From an uncultured Chloroflexia bacterium (GTDB taxonomy: Bacteria; Chloroflexota; Limnocylindria; Limnocylindrales; CSP1-4), in the NCBI GenBank assembly GCA_963707215.1, contig CAVPPB010000003.1, positions 768,001-832,000 on the forward strand: a stretch of DNA of 64,000 nucleotides, in the 5' to 3' direction. Made by a program: the position numbers and the translations under genes. A model generated the notes under the pieces. It saw only the letters and a list, made by a program, of their open reading frames with translations. It made no database searches and was not told the DNA's origin. This document shows, piece after piece, positions 45,562 through 55,402 of this stretch; position 1 is the first letter of the stretch, and the number at the start of each line of letters is the position of its first letter.

Positions 45562-47903
45562 GGCGCGTCTCCCGCCGCTCCACGACCAGTGCCCGTCGGC
45601 GATCCGGTCATGAGCTCCAGGATCCGCTCCGGAGTGGCCGGGAGTCGGTCGACCCAGACCCCGATCGCATCGTGGATCGCGGCCACGACCGCCGGGGCGA
45701 CCACGTCCATCGGCAGCTCGCCCAGCCCCTTGGCCCCATGCGGCTCGCCGGAGAACGGGGCCTCGACCATGATCGCCGTGATCCGCGGCGCGTCGAGGGC
45801 GGTCGGGATCAGGTAGGTCGCCAGGCGGTCGTTGCGATACCGGCCGTCCTCGACCTGGATCTCCTCGATCGTGGCGTAGCCAACGGCCTGGAGCGTGCCG
45901 CCCTCGACCTGGCCCTCGGCCATGACCGGGTGGATGACCCGACCCGCGTCGTCGACCGCGGTCACCGAGCGGACGTCCACCTCGAAGGTGTCGAGGTCCA
46001 CGGCCACGTCGGCGACGGCCGCGGCCCAGCCATAGGCCGGGTAGGCGTCGCCGCGGTACGTCACGTCGTCGAACTCGACGTCGGGGTACGGCTCGAACTG
46101 CCGGTCCACCCGGGTCGGCCCGTAGCGTCGGACGTCCTCCAGATAGACCCCGGCGAACGGCAGGCCCGCGTTCCGTTCCTCGACGATGCGGCGCAGCTCG
46201 CGGGCCGCCCGGACCAGCAGTCCGCCGACGATCATCGTCGTCCGAGAAGCGACCGTCGGGCCGCTGTCCGGCACGACGGCGGTATCGGCCGGGGCGATCT
46301 CGACGAGGCCCGGGTCGATGCCGAGCCCCTCCCCGACCAGCTGGCGGAAGACGGTCCGCGAGCCCTGGCCGATCTCGGTCGAGCCGGCCAGCACGCGGAC
46401 CCGTCCTTCGGCGTCGAGCTCGACCGCGGCGACCGACGCCAGGTGGACCTCGCCGGTGCCGGTGAAGCCGGCTCCGTGCCAGGCGAGCGCCAGGCCGACG
46501 CCCTCGGCGGAGCGGCTGGACCCGGTCCGGCCGGGTTCGCCCGGCACGATGCCCGCGCGGCCCTGCCGGGCCTCGGCGGTCCGCTCGCGGACCGCCTCGA
46601 AGCCGGAGGCCTCGACGGCCCGGGCCAGCACGGCCTCGGCAGCGACGCTCTCGCGAAGGACCTGGCCGGTCGGCGTCGTGTCGCCCGTGCGGTAGGCATT
46701 GCGGCGGCGGACCTCGGCGGGGGACATGCCGAGCCGATCGGCGGCCTTGCTCAGCTGGAGCTCGGCGCCGAAGTGGGCCTGGGGTGCCCCGAACCCGCGG
46801 AAGGCACCGTTCGGCGGCGTGTTGGTGCGAACGGCCCTGGAGCGGATCCGCACATTCGGGCAGCGGTACGGCCCGCCGGCGTGGAGAGTGGCCCGGGAGA
46901 GGACGACCGGGCTGAGGGTCGTGTAGGCGCCGGCGTCGAGGACCAGGTCGATGTCCTGGGCCAGGAGCGTTCCGTCGGCGGCGATAGCCGTCCGATGACG
47001 AACGATCGAGGGGTGCCGCTTCGTCGTGGCGGCAAGATCCTCGTGGCGCCCGTAGATCATCCGGACCGGCCGGCCGGCGGCCCGGGCCAGGAGGGCGGCG
47101 TGGAGAGCCACCATCGACGGGTACTCCTCCTTGCCGCCAAAGCCGCCGCCGGTGACGGCCTGGACCACCCGGACCCGCTCGACCGGCTCGCCGAGGCCGC
47201 GGGCGAGGGCCGCCAGCACGTAGAAGGGGCACTGCAGGGAGCCGTGGACCGTGACCCCACCGTCCGGCTCCGGGACGGCGATCATCGCCTGCGGCTCGAT
47301 GTACAACTGCTCCTGGTGGCCGGTCCGGTAGGTGCCCTCGACGACGACGGCCGCCGCCGCCATGCCCACCTCGACGTCCCCGACGACGATGTCGTGTTCG
47401 GCGAGGATCTCGGTCGAGGCCAGCGGGTCCAGGACCGGCGGGAGGGGCTCGGTCCGGAGCTGCAGCCTGGATGTCGCCTCGCGGAGCGTGGCCCGGTCCG
47501 GGGCTGCCACCAGCGCCACGGGCTCCGCGTGGTGGCGGATCTCACCACCGACCGGCACGAGGATCGGCTGGTCGTCATCGATGAGGCTGACGACGTTCTC
47601 GCCCGGGATGTCGTCGGCGGTCACCAGGACGACGCGATCCCAGGCGAAGTCCTCGTCGCGATCGAAACCGATCAGGCGGGCCCGCGGCTCCGTCGACCGG
47701 ACGGTCGCGCCGTACCAGGCCCCCGGGAAGGCCAGGTCATCGGCGTAGAGGGCCTCGCCGGTCAGCTTGGCGGGTCCCTCCTCGCGGAGCGCCAGCCCGC
47801 TGGCCCGGCCGACCGGCAGGGTCCCTGGCGCGACGAGCACTGGCGCCGCCGGGCCGTCGATCACGGTCCGACCGCGGGGGGTCTCCTCCGCTCGATCCGT
47901 CAT
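45558..47903 (-). CDS. Xanthine dehydrogenase-family molybdopterin-binding subunit
   Basis: QEQLYIEP, GGGFGGKE, AFRGFG, EIGQG, TVASR and KGLGE motifs. Confidence 0.93.
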   Translation of the reverse strand: MTDRAEETPRGRTVIDGPAAPVLVAPGTLPVGRASGLALREEGPAKLTGEALYADDLAFPGAWYGATVRSTEPRARLIGFDRDEDFAWDRVVLVTADDIPGENVVSLIDDDQPILVPVGGEIRHHAEPVALVAAPDRATLREATSRLQLRTEPLPPVLDPLASTEILAEHDIVVGDVEVGMAAAAVVVEGTYRTGHQEQLYIEPQAMIAVPEPDGGVTVHGSLQCPFYVLAALARGLGEPVERVRVVQAVTGGGFGGKEEYPSMVALHAALLARAAGRPVRMIYGRHEDLAATTKRHPSIVRHRTAIAADGTLLAQDIDLVLDAGAYTTLSPVVLSRATLHAGGPYRCPNVRIRSRAVRTNTPPNGAFRGFGAPQAHFGAELQLSKAADRLGMSPAEVRRRNAYRTGDTTPTGQVLRESVAAEAVLARAVEASGFEAVRERTAEARQGRAGIVPGEPGRTGSSRSAEGVGLALAWHGAGFTGTGEVHLASVAAVELDAEGRVRVLAGSTEIGQGSRTVFRQLVGEGLGIDPGLVEIAPADTAVVPDSGPTVASRTTMIVGGLLVRAARELRRIVEERNAGLPFAGVYLEDVRRYGPTRVDRQFEPYPDVEFDDVTYRGDAYPAYGWAAAVADVAVDLDTFEVDVRSVTAVDDAGRVIHPVMAEGQVEGGTLQAVGYATIEEIQVEDGRYRNDRLATYLIPTALDAPRITAIMVEAPFSGEPHGAKGLGELPMDVVAPAVVAAIHDAIGVWVDRLPATPERILELMTGSPTGTGRGAAGDAP

Positions 47904-47964
47904 GCCGGTGTCGCGCTCCCTCCTTGCACGGTGGCCTCGACGATGGCCGCGGCCACGTCGGGTG

Positions 47965-48342
47965 TCAAGCCGGCTCGTCGCCCGACGGGTCGAGCGGGAC
48001 GCGCTCGAGGTCGACGGCCCGGTAGACGATGACCTCGACGGGCTCCAGGGTGATCATCCCGTCGGCCACCATCGAGTCGAGCTCCGGCAGGACGGCCCGC
48101 AGCCGGTCCTCCCGGTCGACCACCTCGACCACGACCGGAAGGTCCTCCGACAGGCGGAGGATGCGGGTCGTGTGGAGCACCGAGCGCTTGCCGTAGCCCT
48201 CGATCCCGCGGATGACCGTGGCGCCGGCGATACCCCGCTCGCGGAGGCGGTGGACGATGGCCTCGTAGAGCGGGCGGCCCTCCCAGGTGTCCGATTCGCC
48301 GATGTAGATGCGGGCGATCAGCCCGGTCCCTTCCAGCTTCAT
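47965..48342 (-). CDS. DUF190 (PII-like) protein
   Basis: RIYIGESD...PLYEAIV...GIAGATV.RGIEGYG...LSEDLPVVVEVVD. Confidence 0.9.
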   Translation of the reverse strand: MKLEGTGLIARIYIGESDTWEGRPLYEAIVHRLRERGIAGATVIRGIEGYGKRSVLHTTRILRLSEDLPVVVEVVDREDRLRAVLPELDSMVADGMITLEPVEVIVYRAVDLERVPLDPSGDEPA

Positions 48343-48379
48343 CCGGGCAGTCTCCCGAGCGGCAGGCCGGCGTCGTCGG

Positions 48380-49789
48380 TCACGGTCCCGGCTCCCAGCC
48401 GCCCGGTCCGGGCAGCCGCCGGCCGCGGACCCAGGCCGCCCGGACCATGTCCGGGTGCGGCCGGTAGATGAGCCTGGAGAGGAGGGCTCGCGGGTCATCG
48501 AGCGGGTCGTCGCCCCCGGGGATCACGGTCGCACCGGGTGGCAGCGGAGCCGTCAGGGCAGGATCGACCGCGATGAGATCGGCCTCCTTGCCTGCCTCGA
48601 GCGTCCCGATGACACCCTCGAGACCCAGGCAGCGGGCTCCCTCGAGCGAGGCCATCCGCAGCCAGCCGAGCGGATCGAGCGGCTCGTGGGCATCGCCGCG
48701 GACCACCCGAAGCGCGTTCTGGACGTAGGCCCCGACGCGCATCACCGAGAACAGCGACGCGTCCGGGCCAGCGGCGACGTCCGAGCCGAGCCCGACCCTG
48801 ATGCCGGCCTCGAGGTAGCGCCCGAGCGGCATGATGCCGCTGGCGAGGAAGAGGTTCGAGGACGGGCAGTGGGCGACCCGGGCGCCGGTCTCGACGAGGC
48901 GAGCGACCTCCCGATCGGACAGGTGGATCGCGTGGGCCAGGATCGCCCGCGAGGTCAGCCCGCCGGCACGGTCGTAGACGTCCGTGTAGTCGAGGGCCTC
49001 GGGGAAGCGGCGGGCCACCTCGGCGATCTCGCCCGGGTCCTCGGACAGGTGGGTCTGCCACCAGGCGCCGCAGGCGGCGGCCAGATCGGCGCTCTCGCGG
49101 AGAAGCTCGGCCGAGCAGGTGATGGCGAAACGGGGGGTGAAGGCGTAACCGAGCCGGCCGTCGGCGGCTCCGTTCCAGCGCTCGCAAAGCTCGACCGACT
49201 CGCGGAGGCTGCGCTCGAGGACCTCGCTGTCCGGGACGGCCAGGTCGTAGCGATCGCGGTCCATCATCACCTTGCCGATGACGGCCCGGATCCCGTGGGC
49301 CTCGGCGGCCCGGAAGGCGGCGTCGGTGGAGTCAGCGTAGACCGCAGCATAGGCGACGACCGTCGTCGTCCCGGCCGCCGCGAACGCCCGGAAGACGGGC
49401 GGACCGATCCGCTCGGCGGCCGCGACGTCCATAGCCTGCTCCATTGGGAAGATGTAGCGCCGGAGCCAGCTCATGAGGTCGAGGCCGGCGCCGATGCCGG
49501 CGTTGGGGACCTGCCAGAGGTGGGCGTGCAGGTCGACGAGCCCCGGCAGCAGGACCCGGCCGCGGAGGTCGTGGACGGCTGCCAGCTCGGCGGGCGAGCG
49601 GTCCGCCGCCGGGCTGACACCGGCGATCCGGCCATCGCGATCGACGTCGACGACAGCATCGGCGAGATCGAGGGACCCGCCGGCTGCGAGCGGGGTCACG
49701 ACACGGGCGCGGAGCGCGTACGGCGGCGCCGCGGGCAGGTCCCGGTCCGGACCGAGGCGGGCCTCGTCGATGCCGGTCCGGGCGTCCAC
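48380..49789 (-). CDS. guaD: Guanine deaminase
   Basis: PGLVDLHAH..Q, WL..YIFP.E, TPRFAITCS, QTHLSE...E, HCPSSN.FL.SG and GSDVAAG motifs. Confidence 0.9.
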   Translation of the reverse strand: MDARTGIDEARLGPDRDLPAAPPYALRARVVTPLAAGGSLDLADAVVDVDRDGRIAGVSPAADRSPAELAAVHDLRGRVLLPGLVDLHAHLWQVPNAGIGAGLDLMSWLRRYIFPMEQAMDVAAAERIGPPVFRAFAAAGTTTVVAYAAVYADSTDAAFRAAEAHGIRAVIGKVMMDRDRYDLAVPDSEVLERSLRESVELCERWNGAADGRLGYAFTPRFAITCSAELLRESADLAAACGAWWQTHLSEDPGEIAEVARRFPEALDYTDVYDRAGGLTSRAILAHAIHLSDREVARLVETGARVAHCPSSNLFLASGIMPLGRYLEAGIRVGLGSDVAAGPDASLFSVMRVGAYVQNALRVVRGDAHEPLDPLGWLRMASLEGARCLGLEGVIGTLEAGKEADLIAVDPALTAPLPPGATVIPGGDDPLDDPRALLSRLIYRPHPDMVRAAWVRGRRLPGPGGWEPGP

Positions 49790-49877
49790 GTCGCGAGTCT
49801 ACCCTCCGCTCCCGGCGAGGCGGAGGGCCGAACCTCCCGCCGCAATGCCGGCGCCCGGGCGAACGGACTGGTCCGCC

Positions 49878-51311
49878 CTACCCTGCGCCCAGCTCGTGCA
49901 TGGCCCCCCGAAGGGCCGGGTAGAGAGAGCGGTACGTCGCGTGACGGGCGTCGTGGACGGCCCGGGTCGCCGGATCCGGCTCGATGCGCTCGGACATCCG
50001 GACCATGGCAGCGATCGCGGTCGGCAGGTCGATGTGCGCACCCGCCCCCGTCGCGCCCAGGACGGCCGCCCCGAGCATCGCCGTGTCGGCCACCTCCGGG
50101 ACGGCCACCGGCACCCCGAGGACGTCGGCCTTGATCCGGTTCCAGAGAGGACTCCGGGTGTTGCCGCCCGAGACCCTCAGCTCGCTGACCGGGAGCCCGG
50201 CCTCCCGGATCGGGTCGGCGACGTGGCGCAGCGCATGGGCGGCACCCTCGAGGACCGCCCGGGCCAGGTGGCCGCGGCCATGGGCGAGGGTCAGGCCGAC
50301 GAAGGCGCCGCGCGCCGCAGGGTCCCAGATGGGCGATCGCTCCCCGGCGAGGTACGGCAGGAAGACCAGCCCGTGGGCGCCGGCCGGCACGGTCGCCGCC
50401 TCGTCGAGCAGCGTCGCCGCGTCGAGGCCGCCGAGGACATCGTCCGCGAGCCAATCGAGGGCTGCCCCGGTGGCCGCCATCGCCCCGCCGGCGAGCCATC
50501 GCCCCGGCAACGGTGCCGCGGCGATCCAGGCACCGGGGATGTCCGGCCGCACGGCGGCCAGCACGGCGAAGCCGCCCGAGGAACCGCCGGTGTCGATGGC
50601 CTGGCCGGGCTCGACGAGGCCGGCCCCCAGGACGCTGGCGTAGGCGTCGTTGAGCCCCGCGACGACGGGGGTCCCGGGTCGAAGACCCAGGTCCTCGGCC
50701 GCCCGAGCGGTCAGGCCGCCGAGGACCGAGCCCGGGGCCACGGCCGCCGGAACACGGTCGGGTCGCAGCCCCAAAGAGGCGAGGACCTGCCGGCCGGGAA
50801 CGGCCTGGTCGGCCCCGACGGTCATCGCCGCGGTGCCGGAGAGGCGCAGGCCGAGCCACTCCCAGGCCGCCAGGTAGGCGACCGTGCGGGCGGCGATCTC
50901 CGGCTCGCTCCGCTCGATCCAGAGCGCTGCGGGGAGGATCCCCAGCAGCCAGATCGGCAGGCCCGTGGCCGCGGCGAGCTCGGCCGACTCCTCGCCGGAG
51001 CGACGGTCGAGCCAGGCGATCGCCGGGCGCGTGGCGGCGCCCATTCCGTCCACGGCGACGCAGGTCGGCCCCTGGGCGACCGGGCAGACCGCCAGGACCT
51101 CCGCCCCGGCGGGGGCCTCCGCATGGAGCCGGGCCGCAGCGTCGACGAGCGCGGCCCACCATGCCTCGGGGTCCTGCTCGGCGCGCCCCTCGTCGAGCTC
51201 CGTGGGGTAGGTCGCCCGAGCCATCGCCAGGACGGCCCCGTCCAGGCCGACCAGGCCGGCCTTGAGCTCGCTCGTTCCGAGATCGATCGCCAGGATGACG
51301 GGAGTCGTCAT
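49878..51311 (-). CDS. FGGY-family carbohydrate kinase (xylulokinase-like)
   Basis: IDLGTSELK, EQDP..WW, W.DRR, FLPYLAGERSP, AVLEG.A and SGG motifs. Confidence 0.92.
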   Translation of the reverse strand: MTTPVILAIDLGTSELKAGLVGLDGAVLAMARATYPTELDEGRAEQDPEAWWAALVDAAARLHAEAPAGAEVLAVCPVAQGPTCVAVDGMGAATRPAIAWLDRRSGEESAELAAATGLPIWLLGILPAALWIERSEPEIAARTVAYLAAWEWLGLRLSGTAAMTVGADQAVPGRQVLASLGLRPDRVPAAVAPGSVLGGLTARAAEDLGLRPGTPVVAGLNDAYASVLGAGLVEPGQAIDTGGSSGGFAVLAAVRPDIPGAWIAAAPLPGRWLAGGAMAATGAALDWLADDVLGGLDAATLLDEAATVPAGAHGLVFLPYLAGERSPIWDPAARGAFVGLTLAHGRGHLARAVLEGAAHALRHVADPIREAGLPVSELRVSGGNTRSPLWNRIKADVLGVPVAVPEVADTAMLGAAVLGATGAGAHIDLPTAIAAMVRMSERIEPDPATRAVHDARHATYRSLYPALRGAMHELGAG

Positions 51312-52744
51312 GGGACCGGCGGCAGGACCTTGCCCGGATTGAGGATCCCGAGCGGATCCAGGGCGGCCTTGATGGCCCGCATCACCCGGACCGCGTCGGC
51401 GCCTCGCTGGGCCTCGAGGTACGGAGCGCGGGAGATGCCGACGCCGTGCTCGCCGGTCATCGAGCCGCCGAGATCCATGGCGATCGCGTAGAGCTCCCCG
51501 CTGAGGACGTGGGTCAGCTCTTCGGCCCGCGGGTCGTCCCGCTCGAACACGAAGTTCGGGTGGAGGTTGCCGTCGCCCGCGTGCCCGAAGGTGGCGCAGC
51601 GGACCTCGTATCGATCGGCCAGCTCACGGACCCGGCGGAGCAGCTCGGCCACCCGGGCCCTGGGAACGACCACGTCCTCCATCCGGGTGACGCCGAGTCG
51701 CTCGAGAGCGTGGAAGGCCTGCCGGCGCCCCTCGCGGAGCCACTCGGCCTCCTGGGGATCGGCCGCCCGGATGACGAAGGACGCTCCGGTCGCCTCGCAG
51801 ACGGTCGCGGCCCGCTCGACCTCCGTCGTCGCCGCCGAGCCCGGCAGGTCCGACTCCACGAGCAGCATCGCCTCGGCCTCACGGTCGAGGCCCAGCGAGA
51901 AGGCGTCGTCGACCGCGGCGATCGTCTCACGGTCCATCAGCTCGAGGGTGACCGGGCCAAGGCCGGCAGCGGCGATGCCGGCGACAGCCCGACCGGCGTC
52001 CTCGACCGACCGGAAGAAGGCCAGCAGCGTCGATCGCGGGGGCGGCGTCGGGCGTAGCCGGAGGGTGGCCTCGGTGATCAGGCCGAGGGTGCCCTGCGAG
52101 CCGACCATGAGGTGGGTCAGCGAGTAGCCGGCGACGTCCTTGAGGTTCCGGCCACCCGTCCGGATGACGGTCCCATCGGCCAGGACGACCTCGAGCGCCA
52201 GGACGCTCTCACGGGTCTGGCCGTACTTCATGCAGCACAGCCCTCCGGCGTTGGTCGAGAGGTTGCCGCCGATCGAGCAGGATTCGTACGAGGCTGGATC
52301 GGGCGCGTAGAAGAGGCCCTTGTCGGCGGCGGCCCGCTTCAGGTCCGCGTTGATCACCCCAGGCTGGACCACGGCCACGAGGTTCGCCTCGTCGATCTCG
52401 AGGATCCGGTCCATCCGCTCGAAGCCGATCGTCAGGGCGCCCTCGATGCCGTTCGCCCCACCGGACATCCCGGTGCCGGTGCCGCGGGGCACGATCGGGG
52501 CTCGATGGGCGGCGGCGAGCCTGACCAGCTCGGCCACCTCGGCCGTGGTCGTCGGCAGGACGACCGCGATCGGCAGCCCCGCTGCAACGTAGGGCGCCTC
52601 GTCCCGGCGGAACCGCTCGCGGTCGACCTCGTCCTCCAGCAGGCGGAGCCCCGGGAGGCCAAGACGGATCGCCGCCACCAGGGCGGGCCCGGCGGCGGGG
52701 TCCGGCTGCGGTGGCGCAGTGGTCGGGGTCGTCGCTTCGGTCAT
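51308..52744 (-). CDS. glcD: FAD-linked 2-hydroxyacid oxidase (GlcD-like)
   Basis: PRGTGTGMSGG, PDPAS, IGGN..TNAGG..C.KYG, GHAGDGNLH, GEHGVG and DP.GILNPGK motifs. Confidence 0.87.
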   Translation of the reverse strand: MTEATTPTTAPPQPDPAAGPALVAAIRLGLPGLRLLEDEVDRERFRRDEAPYVAAGLPIAVVLPTTTAEVAELVRLAAAHRAPIVPRGTGTGMSGGANGIEGALTIGFERMDRILEIDEANLVAVVQPGVINADLKRAAADKGLFYAPDPASYESCSIGGNLSTNAGGLCCMKYGQTRESVLALEVVLADGTVIRTGGRNLKDVAGYSLTHLMVGSQGTLGLITEATLRLRPTPPPRSTLLAFFRSVEDAGRAVAGIAAAGLGPVTLELMDRETIAAVDDAFSLGLDREAEAMLLVESDLPGSAATTEVERAATVCEATGASFVIRAADPQEAEWLREGRRQAFHALERLGVTRMEDVVVPRARVAELLRRVRELADRYEVRCATFGHAGDGNLHPNFVFERDDPRAEELTHVLSGELYAIAMDLGGSMTGEHGVGISRAPYLEAQRGADAVRVMRAIKAALDPLGILNPGKVLPPVP

Positions 52745-52947
52745 GGCCAGAGGATACGGGCCGCCGGGCGCTCGTGGTCCACCGGTCGGCTCCGTGCTTG
52801 CTGGGATCGTGCCGGCCGGGAGCCGGTGGCATCGCCCCGGACGTTCGGGCCGGTGGCCACCCGGCGCGGTCGGGCGTAGGCTTGTGCCATGTCCGACCGG
52901 GGGTCGGCCCGGGGGTCGACGATGCCGCCTGCGTCGCCGGGGTCCCG

Positions 52948-55398
52948 GTGACCAGCACCGACCGACGACCGAGCCTGGTGGCGGCTCTCACCGCCGCCCT
53001 GCTCGTGGCAGGGATGCTCGTCGGGCCCGCCGCGGCATCTCCCACGACCCTCCTCGCCCCTGCCTCCGATGCCCCGGCGGTCGTCAGCCCGCCGTTCTGG
53101 TCGGGCCCCGTCTCGAGGCTCGCCGGCGCCGACCGCTACGCGACTGCGGCTGCCATCAGCAGGGCGACCTTCCCGAGCCCGCCGGTCCCGGTCGCCTACG
53201 TCGCGACGGGCCGGGGCTTCCCCGATGCGCTCGCCGGGGGACCGGCGGCAGCCGTCGAGGGCGGCCCCATCCTGCTGACCCGCCCGGATCGGCTGCCCGA
53301 CGTCGTCAGGGCCGAGCTGACCCGCCTCCGACCGGGCAGCATCCGGGTCCTCGGCGGCCCGGCCGCCGTCTCGGACGCGGTGGTGGCGGCGCTGCGGTCG
53401 TACACGAGCGGACCAGTGGCGCGGCTGGCGGGCGTGGATCGCTATGCGACCGCAGCCCGGATCGTCGAGAACGTCTTCGGCGCCTATCGGGGACCGGTCT
53501 TCGTCGCCTCCGGCGGCAACTTCCCCGACGCCCTGGCCGGCGGCGCGGCAGCGGCCGCCAAGCGTGCGCCGCTCGCCCTGGCCACCATCGACGACGTCCC
53601 AGGGTCGATCATGGCGGCCCTCGGGAAGCTGACGCCGACGAGCTTCGTCCTGCTCGGCGGCCCGGGCGTCCTCGGCGCCCGCGTGGTCGGCGAGCTCCAG
53701 GCCCGCTACCCGGGCGTCCCGATCGAGCGCTGGTCGGGACCCGACCGCTATGCCACGAGCGCCGCCATCAGCGCGAAGGCCTTCCCGACCGGTGCCGACA
53801 CGGTCTTCGTCGCCACCGGCACGGACTTCCCCGACGCCCTCGCCGGGGTGCCGGCCGCCGGGCTGGCCGACGCGCCGCTCCTCCTGGCCACGAAGGGCTG
53901 CCTGCCGCCGGCCACCTTCGTCGAGCTGCAGCGACTCGACCCGACGTCGGTCGTCCTGCTCGGCGGCTCGTCGGTCGTGGATGGGACCGCCCCGACGACG
54001 GTCTGCGGGCCACCACCCCAGCCGGCCGGATCGGTCGACTGCCTCGACTTCCCGAACCGCTCCCTGGCCCAGGCCTGGTACGACCACTACCTGCCGTGGT
54101 TCGGGGACATCGCGGGGATCGACGACGACGGGGACGGCCAGGCCTGCGAGTCGCTGCCCCCGGGGATCGTCCCAGGCTCCGTCGACCGGACCTCGATCCA
54201 GCTGCGGGCGACCTATGACGTCAAGGCGACCCTGGGGTTCGACAGCCGTGCCCTCGGCACCGACACCACGATCACGGCCAGGAACGACTCGGGGGCCGGG
54301 ATCGACCGGGTCGAGCTCAACACGATCGCCGCCCGGCTCGGAGCCATGCGGGGCCTGGCCGCCTGGGTCGACGGCCGCAGCGTGCGTCCGTCGGTGACCG
54401 ACCAGACGATCGTCGTCCCGCTCGGGGGCGTCCTGCCGGCCGGGGGGACGACGACGATCCGGGTCGTCTTCCGGGCCACCCTTCGGTCCGGGGTGAGCGG
54501 GTCGGACTGGCTGTTCACCCGGGCGAACGGCATCGTGGACCTCTATCGCTGGATCCCGTGGGTCAGCCTGCGCCGGCCCTTCGACCGCCCGAACCACGGC
54601 GACCCCTTCGTCACGCCGGTGAGCCCGCTCGTGCGGGTCAGCCTGACCACCGACCGGGCGCTCGTCGTCGCCCAGGCCGGCCGGCGGGTCTCCGTGTCCG
54701 GGCTGACCCAGGTCTTCGAGGCGCGCGACGTCCGGGACTTCGTGCTGACCGCCGCCCCCGACTTCCGGACCGGCAGCCGGACGGTGAACGGCGTCCTGGT
54801 CCAGGCCTTCGTCCGGCCCGGCGTCAGCAGCTCCGCACGGGTCGAGGCCGCCGCCACGGCGGTGGCCCGGATGACGGCCAAGCTGGGCTCCTTCCCGACG
54901 ACCTACCTGGCCGTCGCCCAGTCGGCCGGCGGCTACGGGATGGAGGGACCGGGGATCATCTGGATCCCGGGCTCCGTGTCGTCGTCATCGCTGCCGTACC
55001 TGGTCACCCACGAGACCGCCCACCAGTGGTTCTACGCCGCGGTCGGCAACGACCAGGCCAACCACCCGTTCGTGGACGAGGCGGCGACCGACTTCCTCGC
55101 CCGCCACGTCCTGGGCATGCGCCGGGCCAGCCAGTGCAGCGCGGGCCGCCTCGACCTCTCGATCTACGGCTACACAGCCGCCTGCTACTACGAGCGGATC
55201 TACGTCCAGGGCGGCAACCTGATCGACGACCTCCGGCGGCGGATGGGCGACACCGCCTTCTGGCGGGCGATGCGCGCCTACGTCGCGGCGAACCGCCTGG
55301 GCATCGCCGGCCGGCGCTCGCTCCCAGACACCCTCGACGCGGGGACGCCCCTCGACCTGCGCCCGTACATCGCCCCGCGGTTCCCGGCCTGGTACTGA
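52948..55398 (+). CDS. Secreted protein with three cell-wall-binding-2 repeats, an Excalibur-like Ca-binding motif and an M1 metallopeptidase
   Basis: Signal peptide; three R.AG.DRYAT...FPDAL repeats; DCLDF...AQ...DDDGDGQACE; GMEG and HETAHQW-x-DE. Start inferred at GTG 52948. Confidence 0.85.
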   Translation: MTSTDRRPSLVAALTAALLVAGMLVGPAAASPTTLLAPASDAPAVVSPPFWSGPVSRLAGADRYATAAAISRATFPSPPVPVAYVATGRGFPDALAGGPAAAVEGGPILLTRPDRLPDVVRAELTRLRPGSIRVLGGPAAVSDAVVAALRSYTSGPVARLAGVDRYATAARIVENVFGAYRGPVFVASGGNFPDALAGGAAAAAKRAPLALATIDDVPGSIMAALGKLTPTSFVLLGGPGVLGARVVGELQARYPGVPIERWSGPDRYATSAAISAKAFPTGADTVFVATGTDFPDALAGVPAAGLADAPLLLATKGCLPPATFVELQRLDPTSVVLLGGSSVVDGTAPTTVCGPPPQPAGSVDCLDFPNRSLAQAWYDHYLPWFGDIAGIDDDGDGQACESLPPGIVPGSVDRTSIQLRATYDVKATLGFDSRALGTDTTITARNDSGAGIDRVELNTIAARLGAMRGLAAWVDGRSVRPSVTDQTIVVPLGGVLPAGGTTTIRVVFRATLRSGVSGSDWLFTRANGIVDLYRWIPWVSLRRPFDRPNHGDPFVTPVSPLVRVSLTTDRALVVAQAGRRVSVSGLTQVFEARDVRDFVLTAAPDFRTGSRTVNGVLVQAFVRPGVSSSARVEAAATAVARMTAKLGSFPTTYLAVAQSAGGYGMEGPGIIWIPGSVSSSSLPYLVTHETAHQWFYAAVGNDQANHPFVDEAATDFLARHVLGMRRASQCSAGRLDLSIYGYTAACYYERIYVQGGNLIDDLRRRMGDTAFWRAMRAYVAANRLGIAGRRSLPDTLDAGTPLDLRPYIAPRFPAWY

Positions 55399-55402
55399 GA
55401 GC

